Shown here piece by piece: positions 1-6,631 of a stretch of DNA of 28,493 nt. Both the position numbers and the translations under genes were made by a program. Position 1 is the stretch's first letter; each line of letters starts with the position of its first letter. The notes below the pieces were generated by a model, which saw nothing but the letters and a program-made list of their open reading frames with translations, was not told the origin of the DNA and searched no databases. The stretch comes from a virus: the IMG/VR virus record IMGVR_UViG_3300045125_000127; one strand, written 5' to 3'.

Positions 1-13
1 AAACCACGGCTGG

Positions 14-99
14 CGTAGGAAAGTGAAGCGCGGTGGAACCATTGGGGTTTTTACTCCAATGGCCTGGATGACACCGTAAGGTGTCTCCAATCTTATACG
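14..99 (+). ncRNA. structured RNA, possibly the 3' part of an element starting before the window
   Basis: Hairpins CCATTGGGG/CTCCAATGG and GACACC-GTAA-GGTGTC; outer pairing GCGTAGGA with TCTTATACGC. Confidence 0.4.
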
Positions 100-229
100 C
101 TTCCGGTCATGACTAAGCCTTAACACAGTTGTTCAAAATTGATCGGATTAAAACGTAAACCGTAGCCCTCAAGACTTTTCTCGCCGTCCTTGACTGGCTG
201 AAACCAGCCGTGGCTCTTTTTCCGAAAAA

Positions 230-260
230 GATGTTGGACCGGAGCTAAATAGTTCCGTCT
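230..260 (+). promoter_or_regulatory. bipartite promoter motif copy 1 (GATGTTGGACC-N14-CCGTCT)
   Basis: One of seven copies with near-fixed spacing; lies upstream of ORF 280. Confidence 0.65.
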
Positions 261-279
261 CTATTTGTGAGGGCCGAAG

Positions 280-477
280 ATGGCGACCACAGAACTCAAA
301 GAAACTCTGATCGGGAAGACGGTTGCAGAAGCCCAAAGTCTGGCTAAGAAGGCCGGGTGCAAGGTTCGGGTGATGCAGGAAGACGGCGAACATTTTTGCG
401 GAACTTGCGATTACGTTCCGACACGCTTGAACTTGTCGGTCGAAGGTGGTAAAGTGACCGCAGTAGATTTCGGTTGA
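280..477 (+). CDS. small protein, peptidase inhibitor I78-like
   Basis: C-terminal TCDYVPTRLNLSVEGGKVTAVDFG resembles the I78 T-x-D-Y-x-P-x-R-L-N motif. Confidence 0.6.
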   Translation: MATTELKETLIGKTVAEAQSLAKKAGCKVRVMQEDGEHFCGTCDYVPTRLNLSVEGGKVTAVDFG

Positions 478-485
478 AAATAGAT

Positions 486-556
486 CGCAGCGAGGACAAA
501 CGGTAAGTCATCGGCCTCATAAGTCGGAAAAGTGGGTTCAATTCCCACCGCTGCAA
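486..556 (+). tRNA. tRNA-Met(CAT), C1:A72 mismatch
   Basis: GCAGCG/CGCTGC acceptor, loop CTCATAA, T arm GTGGG-TTCAATT-CCCAC. Confidence 0.9.
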
Positions 557-584
557 CTTGCCTGACCATTTTAATTCTCACTGC

Positions 585-706
585 GGGGGCGCACACGGGA
601 CCGGTGGTCAGGGCATCTTCCAAACCGTAAGGTTTGGCGGTGGAGGCGGCGAGTGACTAAAACCATTCGTCCCCAACTCTGCCGTTCAGAAATGGGCGGC
701 AGAGGC
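585..706 (+). ncRNA. unclassified structured RNA
   Basis: AAACC-GTAA-GGTTT, GCGAGTG/CATTCGT and CTCTGCCGTTCA-GAAA-TGGGCGGCAGAG hairpins. Confidence 0.4.
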
Positions 707-734
707 TTAGAAAGTTTTCGGGAAAATCCAGAAT

Positions 735-764
735 TTGGTGAACCAAAACTGGCAAAGCCCGTCT
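735..764 (+). promoter_or_regulatory. bipartite promoter motif copy 2 (TTGGTGAACC-N14-CCGTCT)
   Basis: Same spacing as other copies; about 40 nt upstream of tRNA at 804. Confidence 0.55.
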
Positions 765-803
765 ACTATAGAAGAGAAGGCCGCTGAGTCGGCCTGACAG
801 ACT

Positions 804-878
804 TGCGGGGTGGAGCAGTCCGGTTAGCTCGTGTGGCTCATAACCACAAGGTCGTAGGTTCAAATCCTACTCCCGCAA
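804..878 (+). tRNA. tRNA-Met(CAT), initiator-like
   Basis: TGCGGGGTGGAGCAG...CTCATAA...CCCGCAA closely follows the bacterial fMet pattern. Confidence 0.93.
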
Positions 879-884
879 CTAAAC

Positions 885-1180
885 AGTGACTCGTTGTCGC
901 TGGTTTTTCAAAACGCCTTCGGGCATCGTAAAGGTAGATACAGTAATGTCTCTCGTTACACGGACTCAATGGCATACCGAACAGGGTGAACAACCCCGTC
1001 GGCAGCCGTGCGCCGGTAAGTAAGCCAATACGATTACCGCCGTGCGTGGAGATAAAGCCGCCATCGAGTCCTGACTTGCAGCCAAAGCTGCCAGCACAGG
1101 ACACAAAAAGTCCTGAGTGCTGGTAGCTGCGAAAGTAACGCAGGACCCCACTCAAGGAGCAACCTGAGGGGGTTTTTCGT
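885..1180 (+). ncRNA. large structured ncRNA candidate (~300 nt)
   Basis: No + strand ORF; GCC-TTCG-GGC, GCTGCCAGCAC-AGGAC/GTCCT-GTGCTGGTAGC, TGCG/CGCA and terminal ACCCC..GGGGT-TTTT helices. Confidence 0.55.
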
Positions 1181-1285
1181 TGAAAAGGTTCGATAAGCGT
1201 TGTTGTCAAACACGGCAACCCTGGATTTGTTGGGAAAGAAGGGTCCAAAAAAACCTACAACGGAGAAGGGGCCAGAACGAACCGG

Positions 1286-1591
1286 TTGACGATGATGGTT
1301 AGCGACTACTGTTGCGTCAACGTGTACTTTTGCCCGTTCTGCGGGAAGAAGTTTGAAGATGACCAAGCTGACGCCGGAAGCCTGGAAAACGTTCATGAAA
1401 CCCGTGAACAGAACCAGAAAGAGAAACCGGAAGAGTCTCGGAAGGCTCTGCTGGATTTTGCAATCGAACACGGTGCCGACGCAGGATCGGGCACGCTACT
1501 TGAGGATGAAGACATGACACATGAAACGCAGGCAGCACCGGTGAAGACGTACACGGCCTGCTTCTCCAATGGCGAAGGCTCTGACTTTTAA
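1286..1591 (+). CDS. hypothetical protein with CPFC zinc motif; start uncertain
   Basis: ORF with YFCPFCGKK; 3' end runs into the tRNA-Lys gene. Confidence 0.5.
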   Translation: MTMMVSDYCCVNVYFCPFCGKKFEDDQADAGSLENVHETREQNQKEKPEESRKALLDFAIEHGADAGSGTLLEDEDMTHETQAAPVKTYTACFSNGEGSDF

Positions 1592-1626
1592 TCAGAAGAC
1601 GCACGGTTCGATCCCGTGGCAGGCTA
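1555..1626 (+). tRNA. tRNA-Lys(TTT)
   Basis: GGCCTGC/GCAGGCT acceptor, TCTGA-CTTTTAA-TCAGA. Confidence 0.9.
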
Positions 1627-1637
1627 CTTGAAATTGC

Positions 1638-1667
1638 TTGAAATTGAAAGCAGATACCGCATATAAT
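1638..1667 (+). promoter_or_regulatory. sigma70-type promoter, near-leaderless
   Basis: TTGAAA-18-TATAAT; ATG 5 nt downstream at 1673. Confidence 0.6.
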
Positions 1668-1672
1668 GCGGC

Positions 1673-2107
1673 ATGGGAAATACAAAAATATGCAGTGGTT
1701 GTGGCGAGCCTAAATTGCTCGATGCTTTCAACAAGAAGAAAGACGCAAAGGACGGTGTTCAGCCGTGGTGCCGGTGCGTGCAACAGAAAAACGATCCCGG
1801 CAATACTATGCGGATAACCAAGAGAAGCATCGAGAGCAGATAAGCGATTCGCTCCAAGCGAGTGAAACAAGAATTGAAACAGAAGGTTCATGCAATCAAG
1901 GCTGAACGTGGCTGTTTACTGTGCGATGAAAAAGACCCAGCCTGTTTGGATTTTCATCACACAGATGACAACAAGGGAAGTGAACGTCGCAACGGCGATA
2001 GCGGAACGTTGGCCGTGGGAACGAGTGGAGATTGAGATAAGCAAATGCGTTGTGCTTTGCAGCAATCACCACCGTAAGTTGCACGCAGGAAGGTTCACGC
2101 TTGATAG
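1673..2107 (+). CDS. HNH homing endonuclease 1 (frameshifted as read)
   Basis: MGNTKICSGCGEPK N-terminal zinc motif, CLDFHH in another frame, CVVLCSNHHRKLH at the end; 3' end approximate. Confidence 0.75.
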
Positions 2108-2213
2108 TTACTCTGCGTCAGTGTCGGGCCTCGCAGGTAGTTCCTCCCCGATCCACCGACACACTCGATGGTGGTGGACAAGATTGTGGAACAGCGAGCG
2201 TCGGTGGAGCGAA

Positions 2214-2547
2214 ATGCACCTCCGATACCCGGAAGAACAATTACTTGCAATGCTGTACCAGTGCTGCGGGCACCCGGCACAACAGCCGCAAGTGAAGCGA
2301 GAAGAAATCGAACTGTTTCGGTATGTGCTGGCGACGAACGGCGAACCGAAACTTGCAAATATCGTGGGGCGGCTACTGGAACGGTGTCCGCAGATAGCGT
2401 TGAAAGACGACGACTTGACGGCTCACGATATCAGGATAACCATGATGTTTATCCTGGGGAATTTGGAATACTTGAAGGAACGAGAAGGGTGGGACGGTAA
2501 GGCGAAAACGCACTGGCGTACCATTGATTCGCTGGTTGGACGAATAA
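2214..2547 (+). CDS. hypothetical protein
   Basis: GGAG SD then MHLRYPEEQLL...; true stop uncertain because the ORF as read continues through the tRNA. Confidence 0.55.
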
Positions 2548-2622
2548 CAGGCACAGGTGTTACTTGGCAGCATACTGGCGTCGGAAGCTCAAGCGGTGAG
2601 GGTTCAAATCCCTCGTGCCTGA
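2548..2622 (+). tRNA. tRNA-Pro(CGG), imperfect anticodon stem
   Basis: CAGGCAC/GTGCCTG-A acceptor, same design as tRNA-Pro at 3613. Confidence 0.7.
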
Positions 2623-2631
2623 CTTGGTTGG

Positions 2632-2705
2632 GCCGCTCGTAGCTCAATTGGTAGTAGCATTCGGCTTTAACCGAACGGTTCCGAGTTCGAGTCTCGGCGG
2701 GCGCA
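2632..2705 (+). tRNA. tRNA, probably Lys; 6-nt loop CTTTAA as read
   Basis: TAGCTCAATTGG D arm, TTCGG/CCGAA stem, CCGAG-TTCGAGT-CTCGG. Confidence 0.75.
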
Positions 2706-2715
2706 CTCCTCGAAT

Positions 2716-2743
2716 TTGAAATATATTTCGGAGGGTATATAAT
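2716..2743 (+). promoter_or_regulatory. sigma70-type promoter, near-leaderless
   Basis: TTGAAA-16-TATAAT; ATG at 2749. Confidence 0.6.
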
Positions 2744-2748
2744 GTGGC

Positions 2749-3210
2749 ATGAGAAAGACATGCTACAAATGCAGATTGGAGAAACCTGTAGAAGATTTCC
2801 CCAACAATAAGTCCAAGCCCGATGGTCGCAGTGAGACTTGTTTGGAGTGTAAGCGAGCGTATAACCGCATTCACTACCTCAATAACAAGAAATACTATGT
2901 GGACAAAGCCCAACGTGGTAAAGACGAATTCGGGAATTATACCAGAGGTACAAGAGTCAGTTGAAGTGTAGGGTTTGTGGCGAGTCTCATCCCGCTGCCC
3001 TTCATTTTCATCATGAAGACCCAAAGGAGAAGAGCAAACATCGCCAATGCAGTTGGCCGCAGTTGGTCGATAAAAAGGATCGAGAAAGAGATTGCGAAAT
3101 GCACAGTGTTGTGTGCCCGGTGTCATGCGATATTGCATTGGGAACAACGACACGGAAAGTGGCCCCTTGGGTGTGACGGCTGCACGCTTCCCTCCGAAGG
3201 AAGAGGTTAA
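2749..3210 (+). CDS. HNH homing endonuclease 2 (frameshifted as read)
   Basis: KTCYKC, CLEC, CRVCGESHPAALHFHH and CTVLCARCHAILH spread over three frames. Confidence 0.8.
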
Positions 3211-3235
3211 ACAGGTTCGACTCCTGTAAGGGGTA
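3162..3235 (+). tRNA. tRNA-Arg(CCG)
   Basis: GCCCCTT/AAGGGGT, CTTCC-CTCCGAA-GGAAG. Confidence 0.9.
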
Positions 3236-3270
3236 CTTCGATGCCTTAACCGGTATCGGGGATACTACAC

Positions 3271-3305
3271 GATGCCCATTAAACGGCATCATGTTCTTTG
3301 ACAAC
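3271..3305 (+). promoter_or_regulatory. boxB-like hairpin plus boxA antitermination site
   Basis: GATGCC-loop-GGCATC followed by TGTTCTTTGACAA, matching the rrn boxA consensus. Confidence 0.6.
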
Positions 3306-3375
3306 TCGGCGTTGGTTAAAACCATCTTCGTACAGAAGCACGCCTAACCAGCGTGTGATGTGCGAAGATGAGGAT

Positions 3376-3445
3376 GTCCCCGAGTGTGCCGGTAACACGC
3401 AACTCTACGAGAGTTGAGAAGCAGGTTCGATTCCTGCCGGGGATA
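3376..3445 (+). tRNA. tRNA-Arg(ACG)
   Basis: GTCCCCG/CGGGGAT, CAACT-CTACGAG-AGTTG. Confidence 0.88.
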
Positions 3446-3453
3446 CTGAATAT

Positions 3454-3540
3454 AGCCAGAGGGTAGCTGTTGGTAGCTATACCTGTCTGTTGAACAGGAA
3501 AGGGAGAAATCCTACGCAGGTTCGATTCCTGCTCTGGCTG
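3454..3540 (+). tRNA. tRNA with GTT (Asn) anticodon and long variable arm
   Basis: AGCCAGA/TCTGGCT-G, CCTGT-CTGTTGA-ACAGG, variable hairpin GGA-GAAA-TCC. Confidence 0.8.
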
Positions 3541-3612
3541 CTTGAATGTGATCTGGCCTCAAAAAGCCGGATAACTGCTCTCAGGTCAAAAGCAGCCTAA
3601 ACACCTGAATAT

Positions 3613-3683
3613 CAGGGATAGGTGTTGTGGTAGCATACGGCCCTTGGAAGGCTGCGGCGGCAGTTCGATTCTGCCATCCCTGA
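3613..3683 (+). tRNA. tRNA-Pro(TGG)
   Basis: CAGGGAT/ATCCCTG-A, CGGCC-CTTGGAA-GGCTG. Confidence 0.9.
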
Positions 3684-3701
3684 CTGAATTGGGAGGAAGT
3701 T

Positions 3702-3905
3702 ATGACGGTTTTTGTTTACGAAGGCAAGAAGTATCAGTTTGACGAAATGGCCTGCTATAACGGATCGGGCATTATTCGTCTGCCGGATAACCGCTTGCTT
3801 CGAGTTGGCGAACGAGCTTGGGGCGGGGACTTCTCCAATGAAGACGATTGGACTGAGATTCCTTTAGACGACATCGACGCTACTCCCGCCGTGCTTGTTT
3901 TTTGA
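3702..3905 (+). CDS. hypothetical protein
   Basis: GGAGG SD; 67-aa ORF. Confidence 0.75.
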   Translation: MTVFVYEGKKYQFDEMACYNGSGIIRLPDNRLLRVGERAWGGDFSNEDDWTEIPLDDIDATPAVLVF

Positions 3906-3908
3906 GAA

Positions 3909-3939
3909 GTTGTTGTACGAAACGATTGCTGCTCCGTCT
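3909..3939 (+). promoter_or_regulatory. bipartite promoter motif copy 3
   Basis: GTTGTTGTACG-N14-CCGTCT. Confidence 0.55.
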
Positions 3940-3968
3940 ATAAATTGGACTGCTACAAAGGAGTTTCG

Positions 3969-4214
3969 ATGCAGTACATTTGTGACCGGGCACGCCATCT
4001 CGTGTGTGTGCCGTATTCGATTGCCAACTTGCACAAGATGGCCGAAGATTTGGGAATTAAGCGTGCGTGGTTTCACAAAGACCACTATGATATTCCCAAG
4101 CGACGGATCGCCGAGATAACGGCGAAGTGTACCGTGGTTTCCTCAAAAGAGATTGTCCAGATTACTGGCGGAAGGAAATCGAAGAAGAAGAAAAAAGATG
4201 TTGCACCGAGTTAA
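3969..4214 (+). CDS. DUF4031-like protein
   Basis: LHKMAEDLGIKRAWFHKDHYDI resembles the DUF4031 LH..A..IG.KR.WF...HYD motif. Confidence 0.65.
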   Translation: MQYICDRARHLVCVPYSIANLHKMAEDLGIKRAWFHKDHYDIPKRRIAEITAKCTVVSSKEIVQITGGRKSKKKKKDVAPS

Positions 4215-4226
4215 AGGTGCCCCGTC
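4197..4226 (+). promoter_or_regulatory. bipartite promoter motif copy 4
   Basis: GATGTTGCACC-N13-CCGTCT just upstream of a dense tRNA run. Confidence 0.65.
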
Positions 4227-4240
4227 TTGTTGATGTGAAT

Positions 4241-4312
4241 GCCGCTGTAGCACAAAGGCGGGTGCACTCTCTTGTAAAGAGGAATATGTGGGTTCGACTC
4301 CCACCAGCGGCT
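4241..4312 (+). tRNA. tRNA-Thr(TGT)
   Basis: GCCGCTG/CAGCGGC-T, loop CTTGTAA. Confidence 0.88.
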
Positions 4313-4314
4313 CT

Positions 4315-4442
4315 GCCAATGTGGTGTAATGGCAACACAGCCCCGATGAGGGAAGGTGTGGGTTCGACTCCCACCAGAGGCTCCACCTCTGTGGTGTAAA
4401 TGGTGCATACTCGTGATGTAGGTTCAAATCCTACCATTGGCT
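4315..4442 (+). ncRNA. fused double tRNA-like RNA with swapped acceptor strands
   Basis: GCCAATG-D1-T1-CAGAGG(CTCCA)CCTCTG-D2-T2-CATTGGC-T. Confidence 0.8.
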
Positions 4443-4450
4443 CTGAATAC

Positions 4451-4521
4451 TGCCCGATGGTGTAATGGTAGCACGCCTGACTTTGAATCAGACGGTGAAG
4501 GTTCGAGTCCTTCTTGGGCAA
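4451..4521 (+). tRNA. tRNA-Gln(TTG)
   Basis: TGCCCGA/TTGGGCA, CTGA-CTTTGAA-TCAG. Confidence 0.93.
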
Positions 4522-4527
4522 CTGTAT

Positions 4528-4598
4528 GGCCGGTTAGTTTAACGGAAAAATTCCTGTTTTACACACAGGCGTCACGGGTTCGACTCCCCTACCGGCTA
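4528..4598 (+). tRNA. tRNA-Val(TAC)
   Basis: GGCCGGT/ACCGGCT, CCTGT-TTTACAC-ACAGG. Confidence 0.88.
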
Positions 4599-4614
4599 CT
4601 GTTTTGTTCGATAT

Positions 4615-4689
4615 GCCCTGCTTCCTACAATGGTGAAGGCGGCTTGCCTTTTAAGCAGATGACGCACGGTTCGATCCCGTGGCGGGGTA
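4615..4689 (+). tRNA. tRNA-Lys(TTT)
   Basis: Paralog of 1555; TTGC-CTTTTAA-GCAG. Confidence 0.85.
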
Positions 4690-4695
4690 CTGAAT

Positions 4696-4768
4696 GGGTC
4701 GGAGGCTGAAGTAGAGTAGCGGCGGACTGTTAACCCGCAGGTTGTGGGTGCAAATCCCACCCGGCCCT
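4696..4768 (+). tRNA. tRNA-Asn(GTT)
   Basis: GGGTCGG/CCGGCCC, loop CTGTTAA. Confidence 0.85.
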
Positions 4769-4774
4769 CTTATT

Positions 4775-4847
4775 GCCTTGCAAGCTGTAGTGGCACAGCA
4801 CCTCGCTCTTAACGAGGCGGTTCGGGGTTCAAGTCCCCGGCAAGGCA
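4775..4847 (+). tRNA. tRNA-Lys(CTT)
   Basis: GCCTTGC/GCAAGGC, CCTCG-CTCTTAA-CGAGG. Confidence 0.9.
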
Positions 4848-4849
4848 CT

Positions 4850-4921
4850 GTGACTGAAGCCAAATGGTGCGGCGACTGGTTGTGAGCCAGTAAATAGCGG
4901 GTTCGATTCCCGTCAGTCACC
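4850..4921 (+). tRNA. tRNA-His(GTG), no encoded G-1
   Basis: GTGACTG/CAGTCAC-C, ACTGG-TTGTGAG-CCAGT. Confidence 0.88.
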
Positions 4922-4928
4922 CTTGAAT

Positions 4929-5000
4929 GCCTTCGTGGTATAGTGGTGTTACGCCTTCTTGGTAGAGAGGAAATCGTGGGTTCGATTCCCACCGAAGGCT
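4929..5000 (+). tRNA. tRNA-Thr(GGT)
   Basis: GCCTTCG/CGAAGGC-T, loop TTGGTAG. Confidence 0.85.
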
Positions 5001-5008
5001 CTGAATAT

Positions 5009-5081
5009 GCCCCGTTTGCTACAATGGTGAAGCCGCTGTCTCTTAAACAGGTTACGGCCGGTTCGATCCCGGCACGGGGTA
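5009..5081 (+). tRNA. tRNA-Lys(CTT)
   Basis: GCCCCGT/ACGGGGT, CTGT-CTCTTAA-ACAG. Confidence 0.87.
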
Positions 5082-5082
5082 C

Positions 5083-5178
5083 TTGCGAAGGCGTGCGTAA
5101 GTGACATGACCGGCCTTGTCCAGTGTCAAACGCCTAATAAAGCTGCTGGCAGGGTCACACTGCAAGCGCGCTTCGCAA
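5083..5178 (+). ncRNA. rod-like structured RNA (~95 nt)
   Basis: TTGCGAAG-GCGTGC/GCGCGC-TTCGCAA closing helix; inner TGACC/GGTCA. Confidence 0.5.
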
Positions 5179-5200
5179 ACTTACTCGAAAGGTTCGATAT

Positions 5201-5510
5201 ATGCCCGTTCAACCCTTGAAGCCGAGTCAGGTTGAAAAGAAGAAGCACGAGATTTTGCCCGATGGGGTGATCGAGGCTTTCAACGAACTGATCGCAAAGC
5301 ACTGGAACGGAAGTTACTCCGAATTCACGCAGTCGGAAGTTGTCGCCTTGGTTCTCGTAAAGACCGGCACCGAACGGGAGCAGACTCTTTACGACAACAA
5401 GTGGCTCGATGTTGAGGACGTTTACCGTAAGCGGGCTGGCACGTCGAATACGACTCCCCGCTTATTGTGAAAGTTATCCAGCTACCTTCAAATTTCGGAA
5501 AAAGAAATGA
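5201..5510 (+). CDS. phage-type hypothetical protein (one frameshift near 5430)
   Basis: ...NKWLDVEDVYRK continues as AGWHVEYDSPAYCESYPATFKF in another frame. Confidence 0.7.
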
Positions 5511-5668
5511 GCGTAATGGACACCGGTCGGGTGAAGTCTTTCGATTCATTCGCCGGTTTCGGCTGCCTGATTTTGTGTTTATGCTTGTGGTCTGTACGAT
5601 TGACGGGTGTATGAACCCGCCGAAGTCCAAGCCCAAGCCCCAACAGACGACCAAGCAGAAGTAAAAAT

Positions 5669-5778
5669 GACGTTGTAGTGTGAAGTAGCATTCCCGCAAT
5701 CAAGGCGTCACCCAGGATTGTGAAGTCCTATTTCACGGGTGAGTAATAGGGGTCCGGGTGCAAGTCCCGGCAGCGTCT
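5669..5778 (+). ncRNA. tRNA scaffold with expanded anticodon-arm domain
   Basis: GACGTTG/CAGCGTC acceptor, D arm, CCGGG-TGCAAGT-CCCGG T arm; ~50-nt insert in place of the anticodon loop. Confidence 0.8.
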
Positions 5779-5783
5779 CTTAT

Positions 5784-5854
5784 CCGCTGTTGTTGTAACG
5801 GTAGCCTCTGGCTCTGATAAGGCCGGGGAAGTGGTTCGACTCCACTACAGCGGA
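5784..5854 (+). tRNA. tRNA-Ile(GAT)
   Basis: CCGCTGT/ACAGCGG-A, TGGCT-CTGATAA-GGCCG. Confidence 0.85.
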
Positions 5855-5856
5855 CT

Positions 5857-5935
5857 GTGCAGAGGATGTATTGTAAAGGTAAGCAGTCCCAAACAAACAT
5901 GGGGGAACAGGTTCAATTCCTGTCTTTCTCGCACC
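5857..5935 (+). ncRNA. degenerate tRNA-like element with no recognisable anticodon
   Basis: Intact T arm ACAGG-TTCAATT-CCTGT; CCCA-AACAAACA-TGGG at the anticodon position. Confidence 0.6.
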
Positions 5936-5939
5936 CTAT

Positions 5940-6069
5940 GGCGAGGTAGCTCAGTTGGCCCGATGGTACGGCCATCGGATTGACACCGAAGTTTTCTAGA
6001 GGCGATGGTGTCAATAGAGCGTCCGTTGGGAACGACGGAAGGTCGTCGGTTCGAGTCCGACCCTCGCCT
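5940..6069 (+). ncRNA. tRNA scaffold with two-hairpin D-loop insert
   Basis: GGCGAGG/CCTCGCC; TAGCTCAGTTGG-[CCGATGG/CCATCGG, ATTGACACC/GGTGTCAAT]-AGAGC. Confidence 0.85.
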
Positions 6070-6078
6070 CTTGAAAAA

Positions 6079-6109
6079 GATGTTGCACCGAGCAGCATGA
6101 ACGCCGTCT
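6079..6109 (+). promoter_or_regulatory. bipartite promoter motif copy 5
   Basis: GATGTTGCACC-N14-CCGTCT, 7-10 nt before the start codon. Confidence 0.7.
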
Positions 6110-6116
6110 GGTATTT

Positions 6117-6371
6117 GTGATGACAACGCCCGCTATAATCGCTCTGGCTGTTCTCTTGGCGATCAGCTTGATGATTTACTCGTGGCCCGCTTGGGTCCGG
6201 TCGGTTAATGGACCGACAGAACAGCAAGGGTGTTTTTTGTTCTTGCTGGTGCTTGGCTGGCTTGCGGCTCTTGTGGCTTTGGAGCCATCACACGAAAAAT
6301 ATGGCGGGCTGTGGTTTCTGGCGATTGGCGCTCTTTTCGCTCTCTGGGTTTATCGCAGCGGTGGCAAATGA
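6117..6371 (+). CDS. small membrane protein (about 3 TM segments)
   Basis: Three hydrophobic stretches. Confidence 0.65.
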   Translation: MMTTPAIIALAVLLAISLMIYSWPAWVRSVNGPTEQQGCFLFLLVLGWLAALVALEPSHEKYGGLWFLAIGALFALWVYRSGGK

Positions 6372-6631
6372 CAGACTGGATTGCCGAAGCCTACGCCAGA
6401 CCGGACCCGAACCCTTTCATCTTCCAAGTCGGCCAAATGGTCCGATTGAAGAAGGGTCGAAGTGACGACGGCCAAACTCCCGAATATTGGGACGGGGCCA
6501 TCGTGAAAGTTGTCTCGATGTATTCGACCGGGCTTTTGAAGAATCACTGGTACAAGGTGCTTCACGCCGGTCAGAACGTGACGTGTGATTTTGAAGAGGA
6601 TGAGTTCGATCAGCGATATGCAAGAAAATGA
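6368..6631 (+). CDS. hypothetical protein, possibly SH3-like barrel
   Basis: ATGA overlap with the upstream gene; FQVGQMVRL motif. Confidence 0.7.
   Translation: MTDWIAEAYARPDPNPFIFQVGQMVRLKKGRSDDGQTPEYWDGAIVKVVSMYSTGLLKNHWYKVLHAGQNVTCDFEEDEFDQRYARK

Noticed and set aside
585-675. tmRNA 5' end (GGGGGCG)
   Set aside because: No following GGxTTCGAC signature and no T-arm/CCA 3' partner
1890-2642. 250-aa ORF as a single gene
   Set aside because: It joins an HNH C-terminus, a structured leader, a separate SD-led ORF and a tRNA gene
2632-2705. Ochre suppressor tRNA (TTA)
   Set aside because: The loop is 6 nt (CTTTAA); one base lost from CTTTTAA or CTCTTAA (Lys) is more likely
4195-4228. The GATGTTGCACC...CCGTCT repeat as an RNA hairpin or ribozyme
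   Set aside because: Only this copy forms an inner stem; fixed spacer length with free sequence fits a DNA promoter better
4241-5081. CRISPR array suggested by the recurring GGTTCGA(C/T)TCC
   Set aside because: These are T-arm consensus sequences of successive tRNAs
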